Shown here piece by piece: positions 45,913-62,831 of a stretch of DNA of 64,000 nt. The stretch lies in assembly GCA_963739455.1 (NCBI GenBank), contig CAVUAK010000002.1, positions 416,001 through 480,000 on the forward strand, in the 5' to 3' direction. The translations under genes were made by a program, and so were the position numbers. The stretch comes from an uncultured Gemmatimonadales bacterium (GTDB taxonomy: Bacteria > Gemmatimonadota > Gemmatimonadetes > Gemmatimonadales > GWC2-71-9). The stretch's first letter is position 1, and each line of letters starts with the position of its first letter. The notes beneath the pieces are model-generated. The model was not told where the DNA came from. It saw only the letters and a list, made by a program, of their open reading frames with translations, and did not search any database.

Positions 45913-46757
45913 CGGGCAGGGGCCCCGCTGTCGGGGAGCGCCGCCTTGTATCGATCTGCCACCGACTGCACGAGTGTCCCCCCCACTGTATCGCCAAGCG
46001 CCGTGAGCGCTGTTGCCATCGCCTCGAGCGCCGTCACCCCGCGCCTGGAAGCCGAATCTGCCTTGATCGCCTCATCGAGCCACACGAGCGCGTCCGCAGG
46101 CGCCCCGGCCTCGATCCGGGCCTGCCCGACGCGCAACGCGCAGTCCTGCCCGGCCTGCCCCGCCGCCACCGCACGCTCGCGAAGTGTCGAGCGCATGGCA
46201 ACAGCCTGGTAGATGTGCGCCGCGTGCTCGCAGTCGTTGGCGTCGCGCAGGATGGCAGCGTACTGCAGCAGCAGCGAGTCGGCGGTATCCGCATCGGGCG
46301 CCGCTGCCAGTGCGGCCGGCGTCAGCTCGAGCCGGGCCGCCGGTGTGAGCGCACCGCGTGATTCGAGCGCGAGTACGTACCGGCCGACCGGCCGGCCCGG
46401 TGCCACGTCGCGCAGGCCCTCGACCGCCATCCGCAGGGCCGTGGTGTCACCCGCGCGGTCGGCGGCCCTCGCCACCGTCTCCATGCCATCCGCCGCCTCG
46501 TTCCGGCGGGACGGGTCCTCCCGTCCCATGCGCCCGAACGCGGCAGCGGCCTCCCGCAGGTTCCCGACCCGCAGGGCCGCACCACCAAGCTTGTTGAGCA
46601 CCCGGCCATCGGGCTGTCGTTCAGCAGCCGTCCTGTACGAAGCGAACGCCTCACTCCAGCGCGAGTCTGCAACCTCGGCATCCGCCCGGCGTTCCACGGT
46701 GGTGGTACCACGGCAAGCGGACGTCATCGTCAGGACGAGCAGGCCCACCCATCTCAT
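45909..46757 (-). CDS. Hypothetical TPR-like lipoprotein
   Basis: Lipobox TSAC, Ala-rich helical repeats, coupled to bamD by an ATGA overlap. Confidence 0.6.
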   Translation of the reverse strand: MRWVGLLVLTMTSACRGTTTVERRADAEVADSRWSEAFASYRTAAERQPDGRVLNKLGGAALRVGNLREAAAAFGRMGREDPSRRNEAADGMETVARAADRAGDTTALRMAVEGLRDVAPGRPVGRYVLALESRGALTPAARLELTPAALAAAPDADTADSLLLQYAAILRDANDCEHAAHIYQAVAMRSTLRERAVAAGQAGQDCALRVGQARIEAGAPADALVWLDEAIKADSASRRGVTALEAMATALTALGDTVGGTLVQSVADRYKAALPDSGAPAR

Positions 46758-47470
46758 GTACCGGCGCGCTCGACCATGGCGAGGTACGCCTCGATCCGCG
46801 CGCTGGCCGGGCGCCGCGCCAGGCAGTCACGCCAGACCCGCTGCGCTTCGCCAGCGTCGCCACTCAAGTAGAACGACAACCCCAGGGCGGCCTGTGCGTC
46901 GACGAAGTGCGGATGCGCCGCGACCACCGCGCCGAAGACGTCGCGCGCCTCGAGCACCTGCCCTGACTCGAGCAGCAGGCGGCCCAGCTTGTACCGGAGG
47001 TCATGAAAGCGGGGCCCGAGCTCCAGCGCGCGGCGATACTCGGCGATGGCGCGGTCTCGCGCGCCGGCCTCGGCGTATGCCTGCCCAAGCTCGGCATGCC
47101 GGTTCGCCAGCTGGGCCGCGACGGCAGCCGGAAAGCCGGCCACCGGTGCGGGCGTGATCTCCGCCGCGCGACGCAGTGCCGGCGTCACCTCGTCCACCCG
47201 ACCCAGGGCCGCCAGTGCAAGCGCCCGGTGGATAGTGGCCTCGAGATAGCGCGGGTTGAGCGCCAGGGCCGAGTCGAAGGCGGCCAGCGCGCGCTCCTGC
47301 TGTCCAAGGAGCGCATACGAAACACCCATCAGGTGATGCACATCGGGGAAGGCACAGCCGGCGTCGAGCACCCGCATGCACAGGTGAATGGCGCCGTAGT
47401 AGTCCTGCAGCGCGAAACGATCGCGCGCCTGCCCCAGCTGGCGTTCGATGGATTCCGGGGCGTCGATCAT
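46754..47470 (-). CDS. TPR protein
   Basis: [43 protein letters not shown]. Confidence 0.8.
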   Translation of the reverse strand: MIDAPESIERQLGQARDRFALQDYYGAIHLCMRVLDAGCAFPDVHHLMGVSYALLGQQERALAAFDSALALNPRYLEATIHRALALAALGRVDEVTPALRRAAEITPAPVAGFPAAVAAQLANRHAELGQAYAEAGARDRAIAEYRRALELGPRFHDLRYKLGRLLLESGQVLEARDVFGAVVAAHPHFVDAQAALGLSFYLSGDAGEAQRVWRDCLARRPASARIEAYLAMVERAGT

Positions 47471-48405
47471 GTCGCGGGATGACGTCGGAAAAACTCGATG
47501 GTGCGCTGCAGCCCCTCTTCGAGCTGGACCTTCGGCTCCCAACCGAGACGCTCGCGCGCCCGCGTGATGTCCGGCTTCCGCACCTTGGGATCATCCTCCG
47601 GCAGCGGCAGCGAGATGATCTCCGACTTGGAACCGGTCATGGCGATGACCGCGCTCCGCCAGTTGCCGCACCGTGAACTCACCCGGGTTGCCGATGTTGA
47701 TCGGATCGCTCTTGTCGCTCTGGAAGAGGCGGTAGATGCCATCGATCAGGTCGGACACGTAGCAGAAGGAGCGGGTCTGCGAGCCATCGCCGTACAGCGT
47801 GAGCGGATGGCCCCGCAGCGCCTGCACGATGAAGTTCGACACCACCCGTCCATCGTTCGGCCGCATCCGCGGGCCGTAGGTGTTGAAGATCCGCACGATG
47901 CGGGTGTCGACGCCGTGGTAGCGATGATAGGCCATCGTCATCGCCTCGGCGAAGCGCTTCGCCTCGTCATACACGCCCCGGGGGCCGATCGGGTTCACGT
48001 GGCCCCAGTAGCTCTCCGGCTGCGGATGCACCTGGGGATCGCCGTACACCTCCGAGGTGGACGCGAGGAGGAACCGCGCGCCCTTGGCCTTGGCCAGGCC
48101 CAGCGTCTTGTGCGTGCCCAGCGACCCGACCTTCAGGGTCTGGATGGGCTTCTCGAGGTAGTCGATCGGGCTGGCCGGCGAGGCGAAATGAAAGACGCCG
48201 TCGAGCGCGCCCTCGACGTAGATGAAGTTCGTGACGTCGTGCTGGACGAAGTGGAACTTCGGATTGCCCGATCAGGTGCGCAATGTTGTCGGGATGCCCG
48301 GTGAGGAAGTTGTCCATCCCGACCACCGAGTGTCCCTCGGCCAGCAGCCGGTCGCGTCAGGTGCGAGCCGAGAAACCCCGCCGCGCCGGTGACAAGAATT
48401 CGCAT
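47467..48405 (-). CDS. UDP-glucuronate decarboxylase (UDP-xylose synthase), frameshifted
   Basis: [52 protein letters not shown]. Confidence 0.9.
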
Positions 48406-49714
48406 CAGATCCGCCTTCCAATGGCGTCATACTGGAAGCCGAGCGCAGCGAGCCGGGACGGCTCGAACAGGTTCCGGGCGTCGACCAGGACGGGCTGCTT
48501 CAGGCTGCGCTTCGAGCGCGCTCGAAATCCGGGTTGCGGTACATCAGCCACTCGGTCATGATCACGAGCGCATCCGCGCCCTCGGCGGCCGCATAGTTGT
48601 CCGCAAAATAGCGGATCCGCGTCGCCGAAGATCTCCCGGGTCGTCTCCAGCGCCTTGGGGTCGTGCACGTGGACCACAGCCCCCTCGGCCAGCAGCGCCT
48701 CGATGAGCACGATCGCCGGCGCTCTCCCGCATGTCGTCGGTTTCCGCCTTGAAGGCGAGCCCCCAGACCGCGACCGCGCGCCCCGCGGTGTCGCCACCCA
48801 GCGCGCGCCGGACCTTGGCGAACGGCACCCGCTTCTGCCGGCGGTTCACTTCCTCGACGGCCTCGAGCAGGTCGGGCTCGAGCCCAAACTGGCGCGCCGA
48901 GTGAATCAGTGCCTGCACGTCCTTGGGGAAGCAGGAACCGCCGTACCCCGGGCCCGGGAAAGAGGAACGCGGTGCCGATCCGGCGATCGGAACCGATGCC
49001 CCGGCGCACCTCGTTCACGTCGGCGCCCGACGCGCTCGCAGAACTCGGCCACCTGGTTCATGAACGAGATGCGCGCGGCGAGCATGGCATTGGCCGCGTA
49101 CTTGGTCACCTCGGCCGACGCGATGTCCATGAAGAAGATCGGGTTGCCGGTACGCACGAAGGGCGCATACAGCTCGCGCATCACCTCGCGCGCATGATCG
49201 TTGTCCACACCGACCACGACCCGGTCGGGCTTCATGAAGTCGTCGATCGCCGCCCCTTCCTTCAGGAACTCGGGGTTGGAGCAGACGTGCGCCTCGTGGG
49301 GCGAGAACCGCGCGATCGCCGCGCGCACCAGGTTCGCGGTCCCCACCGGCACGGTGCTCTTCGTGACGACGACCGTGGGCCGTCCATTGCGCGACCGATG
49401 CCCTCGGCCACCGCGATGACGTGCTGCAGGTCGGCCGAGCCGTCCTCGCCCGGCGGCGTGCCGACCGCGATGAAGATGACCCGTGATTCCCTCACGGAGC
49501 CGGCCAGGTCGGTGGTGAAGCGGAGGCGACCGGCGGCCTGGTTGCTGGCCACCATCGGCTCGAGCCCCGGCTCGTAGATCGGAATCTCGTTTCGGCGGAG
49601 CCGCTCGATCTTGCCCGCGTCCACGTCCACACACCGCACCGTGTTCCCGGTCTCGGCCAGGCACGCCCCCGCTACCAGCCCGACGTAGCCGGAGCCGACG
49701 ATCGTGACATCCAC
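48405..49714 (-). CDS. ugd: UDP-glucose 6-dehydrogenase, multiply frameshifted
   Basis: [58 protein letters not shown]. Confidence 0.9.
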
Positions 49715-49718
49715 TCGA

Positions 49719-51013
49719 TCAGGCCTTCCGGGACGCGAGCGCGTTGCGCGTGTCGGTCACCGCCTTCGCCTCACGCCGGATCAGGTCGTAGTCGAGGCTG
49801 GTGTGATCGGTGACGATCATCGCCGCGTCGGCTGCGCGCAGCGTCTCCGCGGTGAGCGGGACCGACGCGGCGCGTGTGCCCTTCCTCCGTGAACTCCTTC
49901 ACGTACGGGTCGTGGTAGCGTGACGTCGGCGCCACGCTCCTCGAGCAGGCGCAGGATATCCAGCGCCGGGCTCTCGCGAAGGTCGTCGATGTCCTTCTTG
50001 TACGCCACGCCGATGACCAGCACCTTCGATCCCTTCACCGACTTGCCGCGCTCGTTGAGCGCGTCCGCCAGCTTGCGTACCCAGAAGAGCGGCATCTCCG
50101 AGTTGAGTTCGCCCGCGAGGTCGATGAAGCGGGTCTTGTAGTTGAGCGCGCGCATCTTCCACGCGAGGTAGTGCGGATCGATCGGGATGCAGTGTCCGCC
50201 CAGCCCGGGGCCCGGGGTGAACTTCATGAAGCCGAACGGCTTGGTCGCGGCGGCGTCGATGACTTCCCAGACGTTGACGCCCAGCTTGTCGCAGACGATC
50301 GCCATCTCGTTGACCAGGCCGATGTTGACGCTGCGGAAGGTGTTCTCCAGCAGCTTCACCAGCTCGGCCGCCTCGGTGGTGGAGACCGGCACCAGGGTGT
50401 CGATGGCCGGCTGGTAGAGCGCCACCGCCACCTCGAGGCACGCCGGCGTGATGCCGCCGACCACCTTGGGCGTGTTGCGCGTCTGGTAGGTCGGGTTGCC
50501 GGGATCGACGCGCTCGGGGCTGAAGGCGAGGAAGAAGTCCTCACCCACCTTGAAGCCCGGTGGCCTGCAGCGCGGGCAGCATGATCTCCCGCGTCGTGCC
50601 GGGATACGTCGTGCTCTCCAGGATGATGGCCTGCCCGCGGCGCAGCGATGCCTTCACCGCCTCGGTGGCGGCGACGATGAAGCTGACGTCGGGATCCTTG
50701 AACTTCGAGAGCGGCGTCGGGACGCAGATGGAGATCGCATCGGGCTCCTTGAGCCGCTTCGGGTCGGTGGTGGCCGAGAACCGCCCGGCCTTCACCTGCT
50801 CGCCGAGTTCGCGCGTCACTCACGTCCTTGATGTGCGAGTCGCCCGGCGTTGAGCCCGTCGACCACACGCTGGCTGACATCGTAGCCGAGGACCTTGAAC
50901 CCGGCCTTCGCCAGCTCGACGGCGAGCGGCAGCCCGACGTAGCCGAGCCCGATGATGCCGAAGAGCGCCTCGCGGCGCTCAGCCTTCGCGATCAAATCCT
51001 TCGCAATGCTCAT
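49719..51013 (-). CDS. wbpA: UDP-GlcNAc 6-dehydrogenase (WbpA-like), frameshifted
   Basis: [64 protein letters not shown]. Confidence 0.85.
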
Positions 51014-51018
51014 TTGGT

Positions 51019-52082
51019 TCAGTACTCCAGCGGAAGTGCCACCCGGCGCCCATCGCGCGCCGAGAGGTAGGTCGCGACAAGTATCTCGAGGGAATGCAGT
51101 CCTTCACGGCCATCTGTCTCGGGCGAGGCCTGCCCTCGCAGCGACTTGATCACGTTCTCGTAGTAGGGCTTGTGCCCGTGCCCGTACACCGATGTGGTCT
51201 GGTAGCTCGCCTGCTGAACCTGTTCGTCGTCCGCATGGGGCTCCGCGAACTCCCAGTGGTCGATCCGGTTCACGGCCACGCCCCCGATGCGCACGGTGCC
51301 CTTCTCGCCGAGGATGGTGATCGAACCCTCGAAGTTCTTCGGGTACGTGAGCATGGTGACGCTCATCGTGCCCAGCGCCCCGGTGCGCCATCGCACCGCG
51401 ACGACGCCGGTATCCTCGACCTGGATGTTGCGCGCCAGGGTGGCGGTGTACGCCTGCACGCTCTCGACCGGCCCGATCAGCCAGTCGAGCAGGTCGACGT
51501 AGTGACTCGCCTGGTTCATGAACGCGCCGCCGTCGAATTCCCAGGTGCCACGCCACGCCGCACTGTCGTAGTACGACTGGGGCCGCGACCAGAACACGTT
51601 CACGTTCACCATGTAGATCCGCCCGAACCGTCCCGCCTGACACTGCGCGCTTGAGCAGCTGCAGCGTCGGATTGCGGCGGTTCTGCTTGACGACGAACAG
51701 GTGCACGCCGGCTGCGTCGCAGGCCGCGACCATCCGCTTCCCATCCTGCCAGTGCGTGGCCATCGGCTTCTCGGTCATGACGTGCCGGCCGGTCGCGGCG
51801 ACCCGGATCGCCTGCTCCGCGTGCAGCCCGCTCGGCGTCGCCAGGATGACGCAATCGGCATCGGTGCCTGCCAGCATCTGCCTCGAGCGAGCGGAAACCG
51901 GGCGCACCGGTCTTCTGCTGCGCCGCCGCGAGCGCCACCGGATCCACGTCGCACACACCCACGAGCTCGCACTCGGACGCGTGCGCAGCGATGGCCTCGA
52001 AATGATTGGCCGAGATGCGACCGCAGCCGACCAGGGCAAACCGGATGCGGCGATTGGCAACCACAGGCTTCGTCACGAACAT
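51019..52082 (-). CDS. wbpB: Gfo/Idh/MocA oxidoreductase (WbpB/WlbA-like), frameshifted
   Basis: VGCGRIS, TEKPMA, WRGTWEFDGGAFMNQASHYVD, YGHGH. Confidence 0.82.
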
Positions 52083-52111
52083 CGGCCCGCCGGCCGGGGA
52101 GGTGGATCCTG

Positions 52112-53228
52112 TCACGAGTAGAACCTCCGAATCGCGTCCACTACAGCGGCCTGCTGCGCCTCGGTGAGCTCGGGATAGATCGGAAGTGACAGCACCTGCT
52201 CCATTGCCCTCTCGGTGACGGGAAGGCTGCCGAGCTTGTAGCCGAGATCGGCGAAGCAGGGCTGCAGGTGGAGCGCGATCGGGTAGTAGACGGCACACCC
52301 GATGCCCTGGCTCTTGAGGTGGGCCAGCAGCTCATCACGGCGCTCCGCCCGAATCGTGTACTGGTGGTAGATGTGCTCGTTCGCGGCATCAGTCGGCGGC
52401 GGCGTCACTCCCGGGACTCCGGCGAGGGCCTTGCCATACCAGTCCGCCCGCGCCCGCCGCGCCACGTTCCACTCCTGCAGGTGCCTGAGCTTCACGAGCA
52501 GGATCGCCGCCTGGAGGGAGTCGAGCCGGCTGTTGTACCCCACTTCCTCGTGGTGATACTGCCGGGCACCGCCATGCAGCCTCAGCTTGGCCAGTCGCGC
52601 TCCCAGCGCGTCGTCCTGTGTCAGCATCATGCCGCCGTCGCCCCAGCCACCGAGATTCTTGCTGGGGAAGAACGACAGGGTGCCGACGGAGCCAAGCTCT
52701 CCCGGCGACGCGCCAGGTCCCGTCGATGCGCCGCCGCGCGCCGATGGACTGCGCCCCGTCCTCGATGATGGCAAGCCCATGCTTCCGCGCGATCGGGAGG
52801 ATGCGCTCCATCGGCGCCATCTGCCCGAAGAGGTGCACCACAACGATGGCCCGCGTCCTCGGCGTGATCGCCGCCTCGATGGACTCGGGCGAGATGTTGA
52901 ACATCGCCTCGTCGATATCGGCAAATACCGGCCGGCCACCGGCATTGTGAATGGCGCCGGCCGTGGCGAAGAAGGTGAACGCCGGCGCAATGACCTCGTC
53001 GCCCGGCTTCAGGTCGAGGGCCCGGATCGGCAGGAGCAGCGCGTCGGTGCCGCTCGCGCAAGCAATTGCATGCCGGGTGTGGCACAGCTCGGCGATCGCC
53101 TGCTCCAGGGCAGGGATCTCGGGACCCATGACAAAGGCCTGCCGCTCGATGACAGAACGGAGGGCCGGCTCGATCTCGTCGCGGATCGAGCTGTACTGGG
53201 CCACCAGGTCGAGAAGGGGAACACTCAT
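52112..53228 (-). CDS. wbpE: DegT/DnrJ aminotransferase (WbpE-like), frameshift near 52705
   Basis: ASGTDAL, FTFFATA, VHLFGQ, EDGAQSIG; SFFPSKNLG..GDGG, NSRLDSLQAA, SLPIYP. Confidence 0.82.
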
Positions 53229-53326
53229 CGGCACGTCTCGCGCGTATTGGCAAGGACCAAGCCGATGAATCGCGACGTGCGGCGAAGCCTCGGCGTGAAA
53301 TAGCTAAGTTTTGACAAGTCTTGAAG

Positions 53327-53917
53327 TTAGCCGGTGCTGGCGGGACGGTCAATCGGGGTGAGAAAACCATCGTTTTCGGCGTATGTCGATCCGCACGCAC
53401 CACACACGGCGCGTCCCTGCTCCACCTTCAGCCGCACCCCACACTGGCACATCCAGCCGATGCGCCGGGCCGGCACACCGACCATCAGGCCGTAGGCAGG
53501 CACGTCGTTCGTGATGACCGCTCCTGCCCCGATGAAGGAATACTCGCCCAGGGTGACCCCGCAGACGATGGTGGCATTGGCCCCGATCGTGGAACCCCGG
53601 CGCACCAGGGTCGCCTTGTACTCGGCCTTCCGCGACACATGGCTGCGGGGGTTGATCACGTTGGTAAACACGCAACTCGGGCCGCAGAAGACATCGTCCT
53701 CGAGCGTCACGCCCTCGTAGATCGACACGTTGTTCTGGACCTTGACGTCGTTGCCGAGGCGGGTCTTCGGCATCACGACCACATTCTGGCCGAGGTTGCA
53801 GCGCTCGCCGATCACCGCCCCGGGCATGACATGGGAGAAGTGCCAGATCTTGCTCCCCGCCCCGATAACGGCACCATCATCCACGTAGCTCGACTCGTGC
53901 ACGAAGTAGTCAGCCAT
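53327..53917 (-). CDS. wbpD: Hexapeptide-repeat N-acetyltransferase (WbpD/WlbB-like)
   Basis: [42 protein letters not shown]. Confidence 0.88.
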   Translation of the reverse strand: MADYFVHESSYVDDGAVIGAGSKIWHFSHVMPGAVIGERCNLGQNVVVMPKTRLGNDVKVQNNVSIYEGVTLEDDVFCGPSCVFTNVINPRSHVSRKAEYKATLVRRGSTIGANATIVCGVTLGEYSFIGAGAVITNDVPAYGLMVGVPARRIGWMCQCGVRLKVEQGRAVCGACGSTYAENDGFLTPIDRPASTG

Positions 53918-54859
53918 GCAGGTACTCCCCTCGCATTCCGATGAGCTTCACTTCCGTTTCCAGCATTGCCCCGAACTGCTCATGCACGCGCGCCTGCGCC
54001 AGCGCAATCAGGCCGCGAACGTCGGCTGCCGATGCGCCCCCGGTGTTCACGAAATAGTTGGCGTGCATTGGTGAAATTTCCGCGCCACCGATGCGTGACC
54101 CCTTGAGCCCGGCGGCCTCGATGAGCTGCCCGGCCGTCCGCGGTCCCTCACGGTGCTCCCAGCTGGGGCCACCCGGATTCTTGAACACGCTGCCGCAGCA
54201 TGGCTGGTTGAACGGCGTGCCCTCCTGGCGCCAGCGGAAGAGCTCGGCCACTTCCTCGGAAAGTGCCTCCTTCCGCTCCGCGCGGAGCGTGACGTCAGCT
54301 TCCAGCACCACCATGCCATCCAACCCACTCCGGCGGTACGTGAAGGGCACGTCGGCCCGCATGAGCCATCGCTCCTGCCCGTGCGCATCGACGACAAGTA
54401 CCCGGGTGACGACCTCGGCCCACTCGCCACCATGGCACCCGGCATTCATGTACACGCCACCACCCACCGTGCCGGGAACCCCGACGAACTTGTGCAGCCC
54501 GGCCCATCCCGCCTCCGCCGTGCGACGAGCGGCGAGCGGTCCGGGCAGCCCTGCCCCGAGTCGCCAGCTCTCCCCCGATGACTCGACGCGGTCGAGGCCC
54601 TTGCCCAGGCGAATGACGAGCGCGTCGAGTCCACTGTCTGGAAAGAGGAGGTTGGATCCGAGACCAAGCGCGAACCAGGGAATGCCCGCCTGCCCCGCCG
54701 ACTGCAGCGCGATGGCAACGTCCTCGGGGCTCGACGGCAGGAGCACGGTGGCGGGGCCGCCGATGCGGTAGGTGGAGTAGCGCGCGAGCGGCTCGTTCTC
54801 CCGGACCTCGCCGCGAACCAGGGCTCGAAGTGCGCCAGCGAAACCCGGCTCGCGCGCGG

Positions 54860-54872
<13 letters not shown>
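53910..54872 (-). CDS. murB: UDP-N-acetylenolpyruvoylglucosamine reductase
   Basis: [48 protein letters not shown]. Confidence 0.95.
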
Positions 54873-58109
<3,237 letters not shown>

Positions 58110-58126
<17 letters not shown>

Positions 58127-59062
58127 TCATCCCCCGCTCCGCATGTTCGACATACCACTGATAGGTGGACTTGATGCCCACTTCGAGCGAAATACCCGCG
58201 CGCCAGCCCAGCGCCGCCAGTTTCGACACATCCATCACCTTGCGGGGTGTTCCGTCGGGCTTCCGGGCATCATGGGTAAACCGTCCTTCATAGCCCGTCG
58301 CCGCCGCCACGATGGTGGCCAGTTCACGAATCGACACGTCCGTCCCGGAGCCGACATTGAGGAAGCCCGGCTGGCTGACGTTGTCCATGAGGAAGCAGGC
58401 GGCGTCCGCGACGTCATCCACGTGCAGGAACTCGCGGCGGGGCTGGCCACTGCCCCAGATCACGACCTCCTCGAGCCCTGCCAGCCGGGCCTCGTGGCAC
58501 TTCCGCATGAGCGCGGGCAGTACGTGTGACGTATGCAGGTCGAAGCTGTCGTTCGGCCCGTACAGATTGCATGGCATGGCCGAGATGAAGTCCGCCCCGT
58601 GCTGCGACCGGTAGGCATCGCAGAGCTTGATGGCGGCAATCTTGGCGATGGCATAGGCCTCGTTCGTCGGCTCGAGCAGGCCGGTGAGCAGCGACTCTTC
58701 CTGCAGCGGCTGCGGCGCCAGTCGCGGATAGATGCACGAGCTGCCCAGGTTCAGCAGCTTGCGCACACCATGCCGGTGCGCCGACGCCAGGACATTCAAG
58801 GCGATGCGCATGTTGTCATCGAGGAAGTCGACCGGCGCCTCCACGTTGGCCAGGATGCCACCGACCTTCGCCGCGGCGAGGAAGACGAACTCCGGCTTCT
58901 GGTCGCGGAAGAACCGGTCAACCGCTGGCGCATCGGTGAGGTCCAGCTCGTCGCGCGATGCGACGATGAGCGCCTCGTGGCCCCGGCCAGCGAGGGCCCG
59001 GGATATGGCGCTGCCCACCATTCCGCGATGACCGGCCACGAAGATGCGCGACCCTCGCTGCA

Positions 59063-59066
<4 letters not shown>
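58110..59066 (-). CDS. fcl: GDP-L-fucose synthase
   Basis: [51 protein letters not shown]. Confidence 0.95.
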
Positions 59067-60115
<1,049 letters not shown>

Positions 60116-61060
60116 CGTCCCTCCGCGCCCTTCGTCGAGGGCCCCCACGAGATCTGCCAGCGTCTGGTCCAGCCCGAACTTCGGCGCCCACCCGAGGGCC
60201 GCCAGGCGGCTGCCGTCACCCACCAGGTAGTCGAGGTCGGCCGGCCGGAACAGCGCGGGATCGACCACCGATTCAACCTCCCAGCCCACCGCGAGCGCAA
60301 TCCGCCGGAGCAGCTCCTGCAGCGAGACCCCCCGGCCACTGGCGACGTTGTAGACGGCCCCGGCCTCACCCTGGCTGAGCAGGAGGGTCAATGCGCGCGC
60401 CACGTCGCGGACATCCGTCAATTCGCGAACAGGCGTCAGGTTTCCGGCTGGGACCGTTCGAGCCCCGGCTCTCCTGGCCGCGAGGACCCGCTGCGCCAGT
60501 GCAGGCACCACGAACGCGTCGCGCTGGCCCGGGCCCGTCTGCTGGAAGCATCGCGCAATGACCCCGTTGAAGCCGGAGCGGCGATGTGATTCCTGCAGGG
60601 CCAGCTCCGCCGCGAGCTTGGAGGCGGCATAGGGAGAGCATGGTGCAGTCGGGTCGCTCTCGCTGATGGGGCGGGCATAGCCACGGCCGTACACTTCGCC
60701 CGTCGACGCGAACACGACCCTGGTCCCGGGACGGAGGCGCTCTATTTCATATACCAGGGCGCACGTGCCCATGGCGTTGGTGGCCCAGGCGGTGAGCGGG
60801 TCGCGTCGTGCCTCCGCCCCGGAGGCGACCGCAGCCAGGTGCGCCACCGCGTCCGGGGCGTGGTCGAGTGCCGCCTCGATCGACACGGTCGACCCGAGCT
60901 CGAACCCGACCCACTGCACTCCGGCAAGGCCGCTCCGATGCGCCTCATCCAGGACTTCAGCGGTCCGGAGGGCTCCGACCACCTGGTGCCCCTGGGCCAG
61001 TAGCTCCCGGCAGAGCGCGCCCCCCACGAATCCGCCGGCGCCGGTCACGAGTACGCGCAT
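60116..61060 (-). CDS. GDP-4-keto-6-deoxymannose reductase-like SDR (Rmd/Tld type), no stop before gmd
   Basis: [54 protein letters not shown]. Confidence 0.75.
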
Positions 61061-61158
61061 CAACAGACCTCTTGTCGCACAGGGCCAAACCTGATAGGTT
61101 TCAAGGCTTTCCGACTATTGAACCGCGTCTGGTTTCCAACACGTTTGAGGGGTGTCCG

Positions 61159-61350
61159 ATGTCTCGCGTCTGCACGGTATGCACCAAGGGTCCGGTGACT
61201 GGCAACAATGTCAGCCACGCCAAGAACAAGACGAAGCGTCGGTGGTACCCCAACCTGCAGACGGTGCGGGTGATGGTCGAGGGCGCCCCGCGCCGGGTGC
61301 GCGTCTGCACGCGGTGCCTCAAGAGTAATCGCGTCAAGAAGGCGTCGTAG
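61159..61350 (+). CDS. rpmB: 50S ribosomal protein L28
   Basis: [41 protein letters not shown]. Confidence 0.97.
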   Translation: MSRVCTVCTKGPVTGNNVSHAKNKTKRRWYPNLQTVRVMVEGAPRRVRVCTRCLKSNRVKKAS

Positions 61351-61365
61351 GCTCCAGTCGGGCTC

Positions 61366-61400
61366 AAAAAAAGGGGACCCTTGGGTCCCCTTCTTCGTTT
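61366..61400. terminator. Bidirectional intrinsic terminator between rpmB and rplQ
   Basis: A-run, GGGGACCC-TT-GGGTCCCC, then TTCTTCGTTT. Confidence 0.85.
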
Positions 61401-61424
61401 CCGCTACCGCCAGCAGCATCACCG

Positions 61425-61781
61425 TCACTCTGCCAGCAACTCGATCCGCGCCAGATCAGCGCCATCACCGGGGCGGTGCCCCAGCTTGAGGATGCGGGTG
61501 TAGCCGCCGGGACGGCTGGCGAAACGGGGACCGATCTCGGTGAACAGGCGACCAAGCGACTCGCGGTCGCGCAGCTTCTGCTCGGCCTGACGGCGGGCGT
61601 GCAGGTCACCGCGACGCGCCAGCGTGATGAGCCGCTCGGCGTACGGCCGCAGCTCCTTGGCCTTCGCTTCGGTGGTGACGATCTGCTCGTGGGTAAACAG
61701 GCTGGTCGCCATGTTCCGCAGGAGCGCCTTGCGGTGCTCCGAGGTCCTGGAGAGCTGCCGTCCCTTCGCGCGATGCCGCAT
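61425..61781 (-). CDS. rplQ: 50S ribosomal protein L17
   Basis: [30 protein letters not shown]. Confidence 0.98.
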   Translation of the reverse strand: MRHRAKGRQLSRTSEHRKALLRNMATSLFTHEQIVTTEAKAKELRPYAERLITLARRGDLHARRQAEQKLRDRESLGRLFTEIGPRFASRPGGYTRILKLGHRPGDGADLARIELLAE

Positions 61782-62827
61782 TAGACCCCCTCACCCGCCG
61801 CAGGAGCGGCCGCCACTTCGGACTTGCTGCGGACGCGAAGCTCGCCATCGACGTCCTCGAACTGCAGGGAGAACGTCAGGCCCTCGCGCTCGAGCAGCTC
61901 GCGAATTTCGGCCAGCGCCTTCTCACCAACGTTCTTGACCTTGAGGAGCTCATCCTCGCTGAACGCGACCAGGTCGCGGAGCGTACGGATGTTCGAGTTC
62001 TTGAGCGAGTTGAGCGAGCGCACCGAGAGACCGAAGTCGTCGATGAGCCGGCCCAGCAGGTTCTTGAGGCTCTGGCTCGCCACGGAACCCTCGGCGACCG
62101 GCTCGCGCGCGGCCGGCACCTTGCCGAACTCGACGAAGTACCGGAAGTGCTCCTGCGCCAGGGCTGCGGAGTAGGCCAGCGCGTCCTCGGGCGAAATGGT
62201 GCCGTTGGTTTCGACGGTGACCGTGAGGCGATCGTAGTCGGTGCGCTGGCCGACGCGGGTCTCGGCCACCATGAAGTTGGCGCGACGAACCGGGTTGTAG
62301 ATCGCGTCGATGCGCACGACGTCGACCGGCATGGAGCGGTCGACCGGGTGCATTTCGGACTCGACGTAGCCCCGGCCCTTGTTCACGTAGAGCTCGGCGT
62401 TCACGTCGCGATCGTCCTGCAGCGTGAAGAGCAGCTGGTCGGGATTGATGACGCGCACCGAGCCGTGCGGCTGGATGTCGCGGGCGTACACCGGGCCGGC
62501 GCCATCGCGCTTGATGTGCAGCACGGCCTCGTCGACTTCGGGATCGAGGACGAGCGTCAGCGCCTTCAGCCGCTGGATGATCTGGTGCACGTCCTCGAGC
62601 ACGCCCTGCACCGTCTGGTGCTCGTGCACGACGCCATCGAGGCGGAACGCCCAGACCGCGCTGCCCCGGAGCGAGCTCAGCAGGAGGCGGCGGAGCGAAT
62701 TGCCGAGCGTGTACCCGAAGCCGCGCTCGAGCGGCTGGAGGCGGAACTCGGCGACGTTTGGATTGTCTTCGCGCTTCGTCATTTCGACGAGGTGCGGACG
62801 GACCAGACCTGTAAGATCGATGCTCAT
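61781..62827 (-). CDS. rpoA: RNA polymerase alpha subunit
   Basis: [43 protein letters not shown]. Confidence 0.98.
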   Translation of the reverse strand: MSIDLTGLVRPHLVEMTKREDNPNVAEFRLQPLERGFGYTLGNSLRRLLLSSLRGSAVWAFRLDGVVHEHQTVQGVLEDVHQIIQRLKALTLVLDPEVDEAVLHIKRDGAGPVYARDIQPHGSVRVINPDQLLFTLQDDRDVNAELYVNKGRGYVESEMHPVDRSMPVDVVRIDAIYNPVRRANFMVAETRVGQRTDYDRLTVTVETNGTISPEDALAYSAALAQEHFRYFVEFGKVPAAREPVAEGSVASQSLKNLLGRLIDDFGLSVRSLNSLKNSNIRTLRDLVAFSEDELLKVKNVGEKALAEIRELLEREGLTFSLQFEDVDGELRVRSKSEVAAAPAAGEGV

Positions 62828-62831
62828 GGTA

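Noticed and set aside
47467..53228. Pseudogenised or phase-variable sugar cluster
   Set aside because: Catalytic motifs are intact, I saw no long homopolymer or SSR tracts at the shifts, and essential genes show the same defect.
53249..53264. Additional GG-N10-GC sigma54-like sites (upstream of wbpE; also near 39142-39157 upstream of relA)
   Set aside because: The -24 element is poor (CGGCTT, CGGCCC) and chance matches are likely in GC-rich DNA.
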